Origin: an uncultured Chloroflexia bacterium
Lineage (GTDB): Bacteria; Chloroflexota; Dehalococcoidia; DSTF01; WHTK01
Assembly: GCA_963703905.1 (NCBI GenBank)
Contig: CAVPFY010000006.1
Span: 264,601-328,600, forward strand
DNA: 64,000 nucleotides
Direction of reading: 5' to 3'
Under the pieces are notes generated by a model. It had not been told where the DNA came from, did no database searches, and worked only from the letters and a program-made list of their open reading frames with translations. This document shows, in pieces, positions 10,328-19,361 of this stretch (positions are counted from its first letter, which is position 1; each line of letters begins with the position of its first letter). Both the position numbers and the translations under genes were made by a program.

Positions 10328-11893
10328 TTACGGTTGGCGGCGCAGGTACCAGGAAACGGCGACAAATCCAAGGGCGGTGAGGAAGGTGGCGGCCGCCGCG
10401 AGGAGCAAGGCCGGCGGATCTGACCCCGGCTCCTTGGCCGCGGGACCGGTGTCCGCCTGAAGCTGAGGCGCGGCCTCCAACTGTCGAGGGTTCAGGGGAA
10501 TCGAGGGGTCGGTTGACGCGCTCGCGCCTTCTGACGGTGCGCCTTTTTCCGGCGATTGCGCTGTCGTGAGAGATGCCTGGGCGCCGCTGCCGGCCGAGGA
10601 CGTGGGCGGCCCGTCCAGATTCTCGTCTTCGTCCGCTGCCGTGGCCAGCGCCTGCGGCCGCGGCGATTCCTGGGACGGCCCGAACGCAAGGTCGTCGAGG
10701 TAAACCGTTGCGGGGGCGGCGCTCTTCGGGCTCAGCATTACCCTGAGGCGGGCGGAATTGGCGTCCGGTGGCGCTTGCACCGCGCCGGTTGTCGCGAAGA
10801 CGTATTCGGTAGACCCGCCGGACAGCCGCACCGTGGAGTCGACGCTCCCGATCATCCGGCCGCTGCCGTCCGGGGACTCATACCAGGAGACTCGAAGGTA
10901 GGCCTCCGCGACCCCGCTGTCGGGGCGGAGGTAACCGGAGAATTCGTAGGTTTCGTCCGCTTGCACACGCACGACCTGATATGCCCACTTCGTCGAAGCT
11001 GTGGCGCTGAAAAATGCGCCGGCGCTGGCCCCTGACCTTGCGGGAGTCGAGACCAGGCTTAGCTCGCCGCCAAATTTTTCCCAGGGGCTGGTGGCGCCCT
11101 CAAAGCCACCGTTCAGCAGCTCGGCCGAAACCAGGTCGGAAGGATCACTCCCAGGCGAGGCGGACCCTGGCGCGGCCCTGCTGGCGGCCGGCCCGTTCGA
11201 GGCCGGCGCAGGCGTTCTCGTCGGCCTCGGCGGCGACGGCGTGCGCGTCGATGACGGCGCGCGAGTGGCCGATGGCGTGCGCGTCGGCGGCTCCGGCGTC
11301 GATGTCGGGGTCAGCGTTGACGTTGGGATTGGGGTCACCGTCGGCGTAGGCGTCGCTGTGACCGGCGGCGGTCCATCAAGGCTGAGGTCATCGAAGCAGG
11401 CCGTCCCGGCCCCGGTCACGGTCAGGCGCACTTCCACGGAAGCCGTGCCCGCCGGCGCCGTGTCCGCAATCGTAAACGCGGAGTAGGAGGCCCCGGTTAT
11501 GGCGGTGTCGCGGGCATGGATAACCGCGCCGCCCGGGCCGAGCCACCAGAGGGACGCTTTGGCGGACGGCGTACCGGAGCTGACCATGGCGTAGCCATTG
11601 AGCGTGTACGAGAGCCCCGCGCCGACGCCCGTCATGGCCTGCCTGGCCACCGCGAGCGTGCTCGACGTGCCGGTGAGGCTGAGAGCCCCGGTGCCCGACT
11701 GGGCGCCGCAGGACGCGCCGGCCGCGGTCAGGACGGTCCAGCCGGAGCCGCTTTCGAAGCCGCCGTTCTGAAGATGCTGGAAGAAGGAGGCGTCCGCGGG
11801 CCTCGCGGGCAGGAGGATTCGCACTGCCAGGAGCGCCAAAACGCCCGCCGAGAAGAGCCCTCGGGCCAAGAAAACCACTCCGGCGGGGGACAA
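10328..11893 (-). CDS. secreted/cell-surface protein with two carbohydrate-binding-module-like domains, Pro/Thr linker and C-terminal TM anchor
   Basis: 521 aa with an N-terminal signal-like helix. LQNGGFESGSGW and LLNGGFEGATSPW domain starts (CBM4/9-like pattern). PT-rich linker TPTPTVTPIPTSTLTPTSTPEPPTRTP. C-terminal LLLAAAATFLTALGFVAVSWYLRRQP. Confidence 0.55.
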   Translation of the reverse strand: MSPAGVVFLARGLFSAGVLALLAVRILLPARPADASFFQHLQNGGFESGSGWTVLTAAGASCGAQSGTGALSLTGTSSTLAVARQAMTGVGAGLSYTLNGYAMVSSGTPSAKASLWWLGPGGAVIHARDTAITGASYSAFTIADTAPAGTASVEVRLTVTGAGTACFDDLSLDGPPPVTATPTPTVTPIPTSTLTPTSTPEPPTRTPSATRAPSSTRTPSPPRPTRTPAPASNGPAASRAAPGSASPGSDPSDLVSAELLNGGFEGATSPWEKFGGELSLVSTPARSGASAGAFFSATASTKWAYQVVRVQADETYEFSGYLRPDSGVAEAYLRVSWYESPDGSGRMIGSVDSTVRLSGGSTEYVFATTGAVQAPPDANSARLRVMLSPKSAAPATVYLDDLAFGPSQESPRPQALATAADEDENLDGPPTSSAGSGAQASLTTAQSPEKGAPSEGASASTDPSIPLNPRQLEAAPQLQADTGPAAKEPGSDPPALLLAAAATFLTALGFVAVSWYLRRQP

Positions 11894-12086
11894 GACAGGC
11901 GTCCGCCTGGGCGTATCGCGGCCGAAGTGTAGCGCATCGGGTTCGCTCTGACTACGGTCGTTTGTGGGTGGCCCGCGGGCAGTTTTTCAGGAGCTGAGCG
12001 ATGTCCCGCCGCTTGCGAAGGAGCGTGGGGTCGTCAGCCTCTACTGGTACGAACGAGCGGCTGATCTCGAGAGCGTGGCTGCCGCC

Positions 12087-12464
12087 TTAGCGGCGAAGGT
12101 TGACCTGGCGGACGTAGAGCGTCTCTCGAATCACTACGGCCGAATCGTCAGTCACCGTGGCCTGCACCGGCGTCTGGGCCCGCGGCGCTGAGTCGCGGCG
12201 GACGATCGCGCGGCCGGCCGCGCGGGCGGCGCCTCTGGCCGCATTGCTCGCCACGCGGCGCGCCAGCCACTCCAGCCCGGTGCCTATCGCCAGGGCGGCC
12301 ACGCTGCCGACGAGCGCGGGTGGCAACGCCGGCGCGGGCTCAGCGGGGAGACGCGGCGTCGCCAGCGCGGGAAGGTTCACGGTGATCTGACGCCCGCAGC
12401 GCCGGCAAAAGTTGTCGTCGGAGTCGCGGACAGCGTCGCAACCGGGGCAGCGCAGGTCGTTCAC
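12087..12464 (-). CDS. zinc-ribbon membrane protein
   Basis: 125 aa. CPGC..(12)..CRRCG zinc ribbon, then a hydrophobic segment LVGSVAALAIGTGLEWL. Confidence 0.5.
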   Translation of the reverse strand: MNDLRCPGCDAVRDSDDNFCRRCGRQITVNLPALATPRLPAEPAPALPPALVGSVAALAIGTGLEWLARRVASNAARGAARAAGRAIVRRDSAPRAQTPVQATVTDDSAVVIRETLYVRQVNLRR

Positions 12465-12613
12465 GGTCGGGATTGTAACACGGTAGGCGTCAGGCTTCAG
12501 GCCTCAGGGCTGTCGCCGACGCGCAACCCAGGTCGCTCGCGTCTGGCTCATTGCTGCCAGCCCGACGCCGCCTATTTCTGGCATGACACCGCATGCCTGA
12601 TACCTAAACCGCC

Positions 12614-13749
12614 TCACCGCCGCGGCGCGACGGTACTGATCTCCTGGCGCGTCTGGATGTAGCGGATCACGTCGCCGCGGTGGATCATGCCGGCGAGCAG
12701 GCGGCCGTCCATCATCGGGACCTGGTTGATGTCGTTGGTGGCCATGATCGCCAGCACGTCCGACAGTTCGTCCTTTGTGGTCACGGTGCGCAGGCGGGTC
12801 AGGGGCGTCATGGCGCGGTACACGGTCAGGTTCGGCCACTCTTCGCGCGGGACATGTCGGGTGTCGGTCAGGGTCACGAGGCCCAGGAGCTCCTCGCCGG
12901 CCATGACGGGATAGGCGCGCCCGTGCCCGGCAAGGATGTGCTCTTCCACCAGGTCGGCGATGGTCAGCTCCGGGCTCACGGGCACGTAATCCTTGCGGGC
13001 GACGACGGAGGCCGGCACACCCTTCAACACCGTCTCCAGGAATAGCTGTTCGTAGCTTGCGGAGGAGGTGGACGCGCAGGAAGTTGCCGATCAGGAAGAA
13101 CCACAGGCCGGTGACCCAGTTGCCGATGAGGAAGATCACCACGCCTGCCGCCATGATCAGGTTGGCGACAAGCTGGCCCACACGAGAAGCGAGCTTCGTC
13201 GCCTGGAGCATGTCGCGTTTGCGCGCCCAGAGGATGCTGCGCAGGACGCGGCCGCCGTCGAGGGGAAAGCCCGGCACCAGGTTGAAGAGGCCTATCGCAA
13301 GATTGATCGCGGCCATGTTCAGGGAGACGTCGGCGGCCCCCGGCTGCACTGAATGCAGGCCGGCATAGCCGATGCCGAAAAGGCCGGCGATGAAAATGCT
13401 TGTCAGCGGCCCGACGATGGCGATCCAGAACTCCTGGGAGGGGCTATCCGGCTCCTTGCCCAGGTTGGACACGCCGCCGAATACGAACAGGGTGATGCTG
13501 GTCACCGGCAGGCCGTAGCGGCGCGCGACCAGGGAGTGCGACATCTCGTGCAGCAGGATCGAGAAGAAGAAGCTGATCGAAATCAGGGCGGCCGACCGAC
13601 CAGCGTTGTCCACCGGTCCAGTTGGGGAAGGAATCTTTGAGGATGCCCTCGGCGAAGGTGCCGGTGACGAGGAAGAATATGAATATCCAGCTCCAGTGGA
13701 TGCTGACATCGAAGCCAAACATGCGGCCGATTCGGATGGTGCCGGTCAA
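12614..13749 (-). pseudogene. M50 site-2 protease with C-terminal CBS pair, two frameshifts as assembled
   Basis: N-terminus MTGTIRIGRMFGFDVSIHWSW (ORF 13444..13749). Core with HEMSH zinc motif and NLVPGFPLDGGR (ORF 12504..13718). CBS region LKGVPASVVARKDYVPV..INQVPMMDGRLLAGMIHRGDV (ORF 12614..13030). Confidence 0.8.
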
Positions 13750-13860
13750 AGTGGCTTCTCCTGCCGGGAGCGAGCCGCGCCGGCACGATGCCCGCGCTCG
13801 ACAGAATGATACACAAGGCGCGCGGGTGGCTCTCGCGGCAAGCCCGCTGATGCCCGCAGA

Positions 13861-13890
13861 AATACAAAAGGCGCCCGAAAGGCGCCCTTT
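13861..13890 (-). terminator. rho-independent terminator after the thioredoxin-like gene
   Basis: GGCGCC-cgaaa-GGCGCC hairpin. On the minus strand it is followed by ttttgtatttc. Confidence 0.6.
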
Positions 13891-13913
13891 GCGATGCTAT
13901 TTGAGAGCGAAGG

Positions 13914-14540
13914 TTAGGTGTTGCCCCTGACCACCGGCTGGCCCGTGGTCAGCGCGTCATCCATGAGCTTGATGATCTCTTTGATCTCGGCGTCCTGCCA
14001 GCCCTGCCATATGGGGCCGTTCTGGAAGGCGACATAATCGGCCATGTACTTTTTGCGGTCGTCCTCGGAGATCTCCTGGTCGCGCAGCTTGGAGCTTATC
14101 GCGGTCATCTGAGGCATCTCCTCGATGGCCTTCTGCGCCCGCTCGATCCAGTGGCCGAGGTACTTGTGGTCCGTGGTGTAGAAGACAAGCGTCGGGATCG
14201 ACTGGAACTCGCCGCGCTTGAGGAACTCGTTCATGATGTCCAGGTTCTGGTCGCGGAGGAAGATCTTGAGGTTCAGGCCGCTCTGCTCGGCGACCTTGAC
14301 GATGGCCGGCAGGCCGCGGAAGACGTCCGGGCACCAGGGCTCGCCGATGGCGAGGCACTTGGTGGCGCCGCGGGCCATGAGGCCCTTGATCGCCTCGATG
14401 TCGGCCGGGTCGGGCGTGAAGTTGTTGTAGTTTTCCTCGAACCGCGCCTGGTTGCGGTCGATGGTGGTCATCCAGGTCTTGTAGTCCATCCCCTGATCGA
14501 ACCGCGCCGGTGTGACGACGCTTTCAGTCTGAGTTGCCAT
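13914..14540 (-). CDS. thioredoxin-like fold protein
   Basis: Start taken at MATQTESVV. EPWCPDV redox-like motif and IPTLVFY strand typical of the thioredoxin fold. Confidence 0.6.
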   Translation of the reverse strand: MATQTESVVTPARFDQGMDYKTWMTTIDRNQARFEENYNNFTPDPADIEAIKGLMARGATKCLAIGEPWCPDVFRGLPAIVKVAEQSGLNLKIFLRDQNLDIMNEFLKRGEFQSIPTLVFYTTDHKYLGHWIERAQKAIEEMPQMTAISSKLRDQEISEDDRKKYMADYVAFQNGPIWQGWQDAEIKEIIKLMDDALTTGQPVVRGNT

Positions 14541-14680
14541 TCCCCGCCTCTTTCTGGTTGGTGAAATGCCTGGTGTGTTGGTTGCGCAGTATAACATACA
14601 GCGCTGCCGGCCCGGCTCTTTGGCGGGGATGTATCGATGACATCGCCGCGCGCCCAGGGCGGCGTTTCATATCCGTGTAC

Positions 14681-14709
14681 TTGCTTAGCGTCCGGCTAAA
14701 TATTAGAAT
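14681..14709 (+). promoter_or_regulatory. putative promoter of the MFS-marR operon with operator-like palindrome, possibly leaderless
   Basis: TTGCTT (14681..14686), 17-nt spacer, TAGAAT (14704..14709). The spacer holds the palindrome TTAGC-gtccg-GCTAA (14685..14699). ATG 14717 lies 7 nt after the -10 and has no Shine-Dalgarno. Confidence 0.4.
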
Positions 14710-14716
14710 CAGGCTA

Positions 14717-16330
14717 ATGAATCAGAGCGCCGCGATGCGCCCGCTCACCCATCGAGAAATACTGATTGTCTTTGCCGGCCTCATGACCGGCATGATGCTC
14801 TCCGCCCTGGACCAGACGATCGTATCGACGGCGCTGCCGACTATCGTCGGCGAGTTGGGCGGGCTGGAGCACCTGTCCTGGGTCATCACCGCCTACCTAC
14901 TGACCTCGACGACCTCCGTGCCCCTGTACGGCAAGATGAGCGACCTCTACGGCCGCAAGCGCCTGTTCCAGATGGCGATTGTGATATTCATCCTGGGGTC
15001 GCTGTTCGCGGGCGTTTCTCAGAGCATGCTCCAGCTGATTGTGGCGCGGGGCATTCAGGGACTGGGCGCCGGCGGCATCATGGCGATTTCGATGACCATT
15101 ATCGGCGACGTCGTCTCGCCCAGGGAGCGCGGCAAGTACCAGGGCTACATGGGCGGCGTATTCGCCTTCGCCAGCGTCGCCGGGCCGCTAATCGGCGGGT
15201 TCTTCACGGACGCGCTCACCTGGCGCTGGGTCTTCTTGATCAACCTTCCCCTGGGCATCACCGCCCTGGCGGTGACCAGCAGCGTCCTCAAGCTGCCGCG
15301 CGTGCGCGTGCCCCACCGCATCGACTACATGGGGTCGGCGCTGATGGTCGGGGGCGTCAGCTGCCTGCTTCTGGTGACGACGTGGGGCGGGCGCGAATAC
15401 GCCTGGTCCTCGCGCGAGATCGTTGGTCTGGGCACCGCCGCCGCGATCTTCCTCGGCCTCTTCGTGAGGCAGGAGATGCGCGCCGACGAGCCGATCCTGC
15501 CACCGCGTCTGTTCAAAGATGCGGTGTTCCGCGTCAGCACCAGCATCGGCTTCGTTGTCGGCATCGCGATGTTCGGCGCCATCTCCTTCCTGCCGGTGTA
15601 TATGCAGGTGGTGAAGGGCGAATCCGCCACGGCTTCCGGCCTGCGCATGCTGCCGATGATGCTGGGCATAGTCACCTCCTCGACGATCAGCGGCCGCGTG
15701 ATCTCGAAGACCGGGCGTTACCGCGCGTTCCCGATCGTGGGGACGGGCCTGGTCAGCGTTGCCGTGATCCTGCTGTCCCGGCTCCAACCGGAGACGTCAT
15801 TCGTCTATATCTCCTTCGCCATGCTCCTTTTGGGGGCGGGTATGGGCCTGGTGATGCAGCTGATCGTCCTGGTGGTGCAGAACTCGGTGCAGCAGCGCGA
15901 CATGGGCGCCGCCACGGCGGGCGTCAACTTCTTTCGAAGCATGGGCGGCGCTTTTGGCGTGGCGATCTTTGGCTCCATCCTCGCCAACCGCCTCGACTAC
16001 AACATCGCCCGTTTGGTATCGCCGGAGGCCCTGGCCGGAATCTCGGTGCGGACGCTCACCTCCAGCCCGGAGCGCATTCGCGGTTTGCCTCCGGACGTCC
16101 ACAGAGGCGTTATCGAGGCGTTCTCGAACTCGCTCGAGGTCGTGTTCCTCGTCGCGATACCAATTACTTTGGTCGCGTTCGCGCTGAGCTGGAAGCTGAA
16201 GGAAGTGCCGCTGCGCGATCAGGTGCATGCGACACCCGTCGAGGGCGAGGAGGCGGTTGCGGGGCCCGAGTTCGCCGAAGCAGGGCCACGGACCGCCGGG
16301 CGGCCTCTGCCTGCCGCCGAAGGCGATTGA
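14717..16330 (+). CDS. MFS transporter, DHA2 (EmrB/QacA-like, 14-TMS) family
   Basis: Start at MNQSAAMRPLTHREILIVFAGLMTGMMLSALDQTIVSTALPTIV. GKMSDLYGRKR motif and many hydrophobic segments. Confidence 0.85.
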   Translation: MNQSAAMRPLTHREILIVFAGLMTGMMLSALDQTIVSTALPTIVGELGGLEHLSWVITAYLLTSTTSVPLYGKMSDLYGRKRLFQMAIVIFILGSLFAGVSQSMLQLIVARGIQGLGAGGIMAISMTIIGDVVSPRERGKYQGYMGGVFAFASVAGPLIGGFFTDALTWRWVFLINLPLGITALAVTSSVLKLPRVRVPHRIDYMGSALMVGGVSCLLLVTTWGGREYAWSSREIVGLGTAAAIFLGLFVRQEMRADEPILPPRLFKDAVFRVSTSIGFVVGIAMFGAISFLPVYMQVVKGESATASGLRMLPMMLGIVTSSTISGRVISKTGRYRAFPIVGTGLVSVAVILLSRLQPETSFVYISFAMLLLGAGMGLVMQLIVLVVQNSVQQRDMGAATAGVNFFRSMGGAFGVAIFGSILANRLDYNIARLVSPEALAGISVRTLTSSPERIRGLPPDVHRGVIEAFSNSLEVVFLVAIPITLVAFALSWKLKEVPLRDQVHATPVEGEEAVAGPEFAEAGPRTAGRPLPAAEGD

Positions 16331-16334
16331 GGCG

Positions 16335-16811
16335 ATGACGCAGGAACGCTTGAGCCCCGAGCTGGTCGAACGGGCTCGCATGGCCTACGGCAAGGCCGTG
16401 TCTGTCGGCGACCCGATCCGCATTCGCTTCTGGGACATGCGTGGCCTGACGATGTCGCAGCTGCGCCTTCTGTTCCTGGTCAGCCAGGGCGAGATGCGCC
16501 CGATCGGCGAGCTTGCCGAGGAGATGAAAGTGAGGCCGGCCACCCTTTCCGGCTTGGCCGATAGGCTGGAACGCCAGGACCTGATTCTTCGCAGCCAGTG
16601 TCCGGAGGACAGGCGGGTGGTGCAGGTTAGCCTGACGGCGGAAGGTCAGAGGGTGCTGTCCGAGATACAGGTTGCGGCCCATGCCTACATGGAGGCCCTG
16701 CTGAATCGGATGGGCAAGGACAGCGTCGAGGACTTCGTGCGCGTGCTCGAAGCGTTTCGGGCGGCGGCCGACGAGCTGGGAATGATGGCGGAGGACTTCG
16801 GGGCGGCCTGA
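16335..16811 (+). CDS. MarR family transcriptional regulator
   Basis: LTMSQLRLLFLVSQGEMRPIGELAEEMKVRPATLSGLADRLERQDLILR winged-helix pattern. Begins 5 nt after the MFS stop. Confidence 0.85.
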   Translation: MTQERLSPELVERARMAYGKAVSVGDPIRIRFWDMRGLTMSQLRLLFLVSQGEMRPIGELAEEMKVRPATLSGLADRLERQDLILRSQCPEDRRVVQVSLTAEGQRVLSEIQVAAHAYMEALLNRMGKDSVEDFVRVLEAFRAAADELGMMAEDFGAA

Positions 16812-16818
16812 CCTGCTC

Positions 16819-19315
16819 TCAGGCCTGGCTGCGGGACTGCCGCCTACGCTGCCAGATCGACCGGACGATCTCGCGCAGGGGCTGCACCATGGGGTCCCAG
16901 TCCACGCGCCAGAGCAGCGACACCGCCACTGCCCAGACCCCGAGCGCCGCCGCGATGAACGCATAGCCACCGGCGGGCAGCAGCACAAGCTCGTAGAACC
17001 GTCGAATCGGCTCGATCAGATAAGTCACAAAGAAGATGGCCAGCATCGCCAGCGCAAGCAGCGTAGTCCGCATGTCGGTGCGCAGGCCTCGCAGCCTGCC
17101 CCACAGCCGCGGCGGGTCCTGGACGAACGGGATCAAGGCGATGCCGCAGAAGGTGCTGAGCAAAGTAAGGACCGTGCGGGCCTTGTCCGGCTCCTGTGGG
17201 TCGGACAGGTAGAAGTGGAACGCGAACAGCGAGACCACGGCGATGCTGACCGCCGCCGGCAGCACGAAACGCATGGCCGCGGGCAGCAGATAGCGCGCGG
17301 TCTTTCCCGGCCGCGACCAGACCGCCAGGGCCAGCGCCGGTATGCCGACGGTGAGTTGGGCCGGCACGCCACTCTGGCGCGGGCGTGATCGGGAACGGGT
17401 CCGAGAGCAGTGACGCCCCGAGGATTACCAGACTCACTGCGAACGTGCGCACGAGAAACAGGCGAATGATCGATTCCATGCCTTTGCGGATCCGCTGGCC
17501 TTCTGTGAAGGCGCTGGGCAGGACGGCGAAGGAGTCGTCGATCAGCACGATGTCGGCGACGTTGCGGGTGACGGGGCTGCCGCTCTTGACCGCGATAGCG
17601 ACCTGGGCTTGCTTGAGGGCGGGCACGTCGTTGACGCCGTCGCCGGTCATCGCGACGTAATGGCCGCGGCGCTGCAGCGCCTTGACCAGCGCCTCTTTGT
17701 GCTGGGGCACGATGCGGCCGAAGATCGTCGTGTCCTCGGCCACGCGCTCGAGCTCGCGTTCTGACAGGCCTTCCAGCTCCGTGCCCGAGATCAGCTTCAC
17801 GTCCGGCGGGAAGCCGGCCTGTTTCGCCAGGGCCGCGACGGTCTGGGGGTTGTCGCCGGAGATGATCTTGAGGACGATCCCTCCTTCGGAGAAGCTCAGG
17901 ATCGTCTCCCTGGCGTCGGCCCGCAATTCGTCGCGAAGGGCAACGAGGCCCAGGGCCTGGAGGCCTTGAGGCAGCTGGGGGCGTTGGGCGTCGAGGCCGC
18001 CGGATGGTGCCTCGCCGCGGGCGAAGAGAAGCACTCGCAGCCCTTCGGAGGCCCATTCGCCGGCCTGGGGGTAGAGGACGTCGCGGTTTTCCAATGCGCC
18101 TTCGATCATCTCCGGAGCGCCGAGGACGAAAACGCCCTCCGGCCCGCCCTCGGCGAACTGGAGGGCGCTCCACTTTCGTGCCGAATCGAAGCCGATCTCG
18201 CCGGCCACCGGCAATGGGACGCCGCCGCTGCCCTGAAGGATGGCCGAGTTCGTGCGGTTGGAGACGGAGGCGCTGGCGGCGTAGGCCCCGAGCAGGCGCT
18301 TCAGCTCCGCCTCATCGATCTCGAACGGCGCCAGGGCCTCGAGGCCGAGCTCGTTGGTGGTGAGGGTTCCGGTCTTGTCCAGGCAGAGGACGTCGATGTG
18401 GCTGATCGACTCGACGGCGTTGAGGCGCTGGACGAGTGCGCCCATCTGGCCGATGCGGACCGCCGCCATGGCATACGTGGCCGTGACCATGAAAGACAGC
18501 CCCTGCGGCACCAGGGCCACGATCACCGCGGCGGCGCGCACCGTCTCCTTGATCTCCAGCTTTCCGTAGATGTCGTAGATGGAGTTGACCACCGGCCCGC
18601 CGAGGAGCAGGACGAACACAGCCATGCCCCAGATGACCCAGGCGACCTCCCGTTGCAGCGGCGTGCGCACCACCCGGAAAGAGCGCGCGCGGGCGGTGAT
18701 CTGGTTAGCCATGCTGCCGGCGCCGACCTGGACGGCCTCGTAAAGGCCGCTGCCTGTCATCGCGAAGGAGCCGGAGAAGACGGAATCGCCCTCCTCCTTG
18801 CGCACCAGGTCAGACTCGCCGGTCAGGAGCGATTCGTCGACGCTGAGATTCTCGGCTTCGAGCACGGAGCCATCGACCTGGACCTGGTCGCCGGGCTGCA
18901 GGTTGAGCACGTCGCCGCGGACGATCTCGTCTGGGTCGATCTCGCGCTCGGCGCCGTCGCGGATCACCTTCGCTTTGGGGCGAGCCAGCAGGGCGATCGC
19001 GTCCAGCTGGCGCTTGGCCCGCGCTTCCTGGAAGACGCCGACAAGCACGTTGACCAGCACCAGGCCGGCGGTCATGACGGCGTCGGCGCCGAGGCCCAGG
19101 ACGACGAGAATGATGCCGATCGCGAACAGGATCGTGTTGATCGGCGTGAAGAAGTTCTCCAGGAGGATGCGGCGGTAGGAACGGCTGGTATCGAGGGGCG
19201 CGGCGTTGCCTTCGCCCGCGGCGAGCCTGAGGGCGGCCTCAACCGAGGTCAGGCCCGGCCGGCCGGTCGAGACGCTGCCGGCGGCGGACGCCCCCGCGAC
19301 GGGCTGTCTTACCAT
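16819..19315 (-). pseudogene. cation-transporting P-type ATPase, one frameshift as assembled
   Basis: CLDKTGTLT phosphorylation site and TGDGVNDVPALKQA hinge. The C-terminal TM region continues in ORF 16819..17367. An extra C near 17372 breaks ..PFPITPA|QSGVPAQLTVGIPALA. Confidence 0.85.
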
Positions 19316-19361
19316 CCGTCGATCTTAATCGAACGACGGCGGAAGCCGGGTGAAGCTCCTA

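Noticed and set aside
11964-12191. A 75-aa plus-strand ORF in the gap after the surface-protein gene.
   Set aside because: It has no motif and a GTG start without an RBS. It overlaps the 3' end of the minus-strand zinc-ribbon gene by about 100 nt. I cannot support it as coding from sequence alone.
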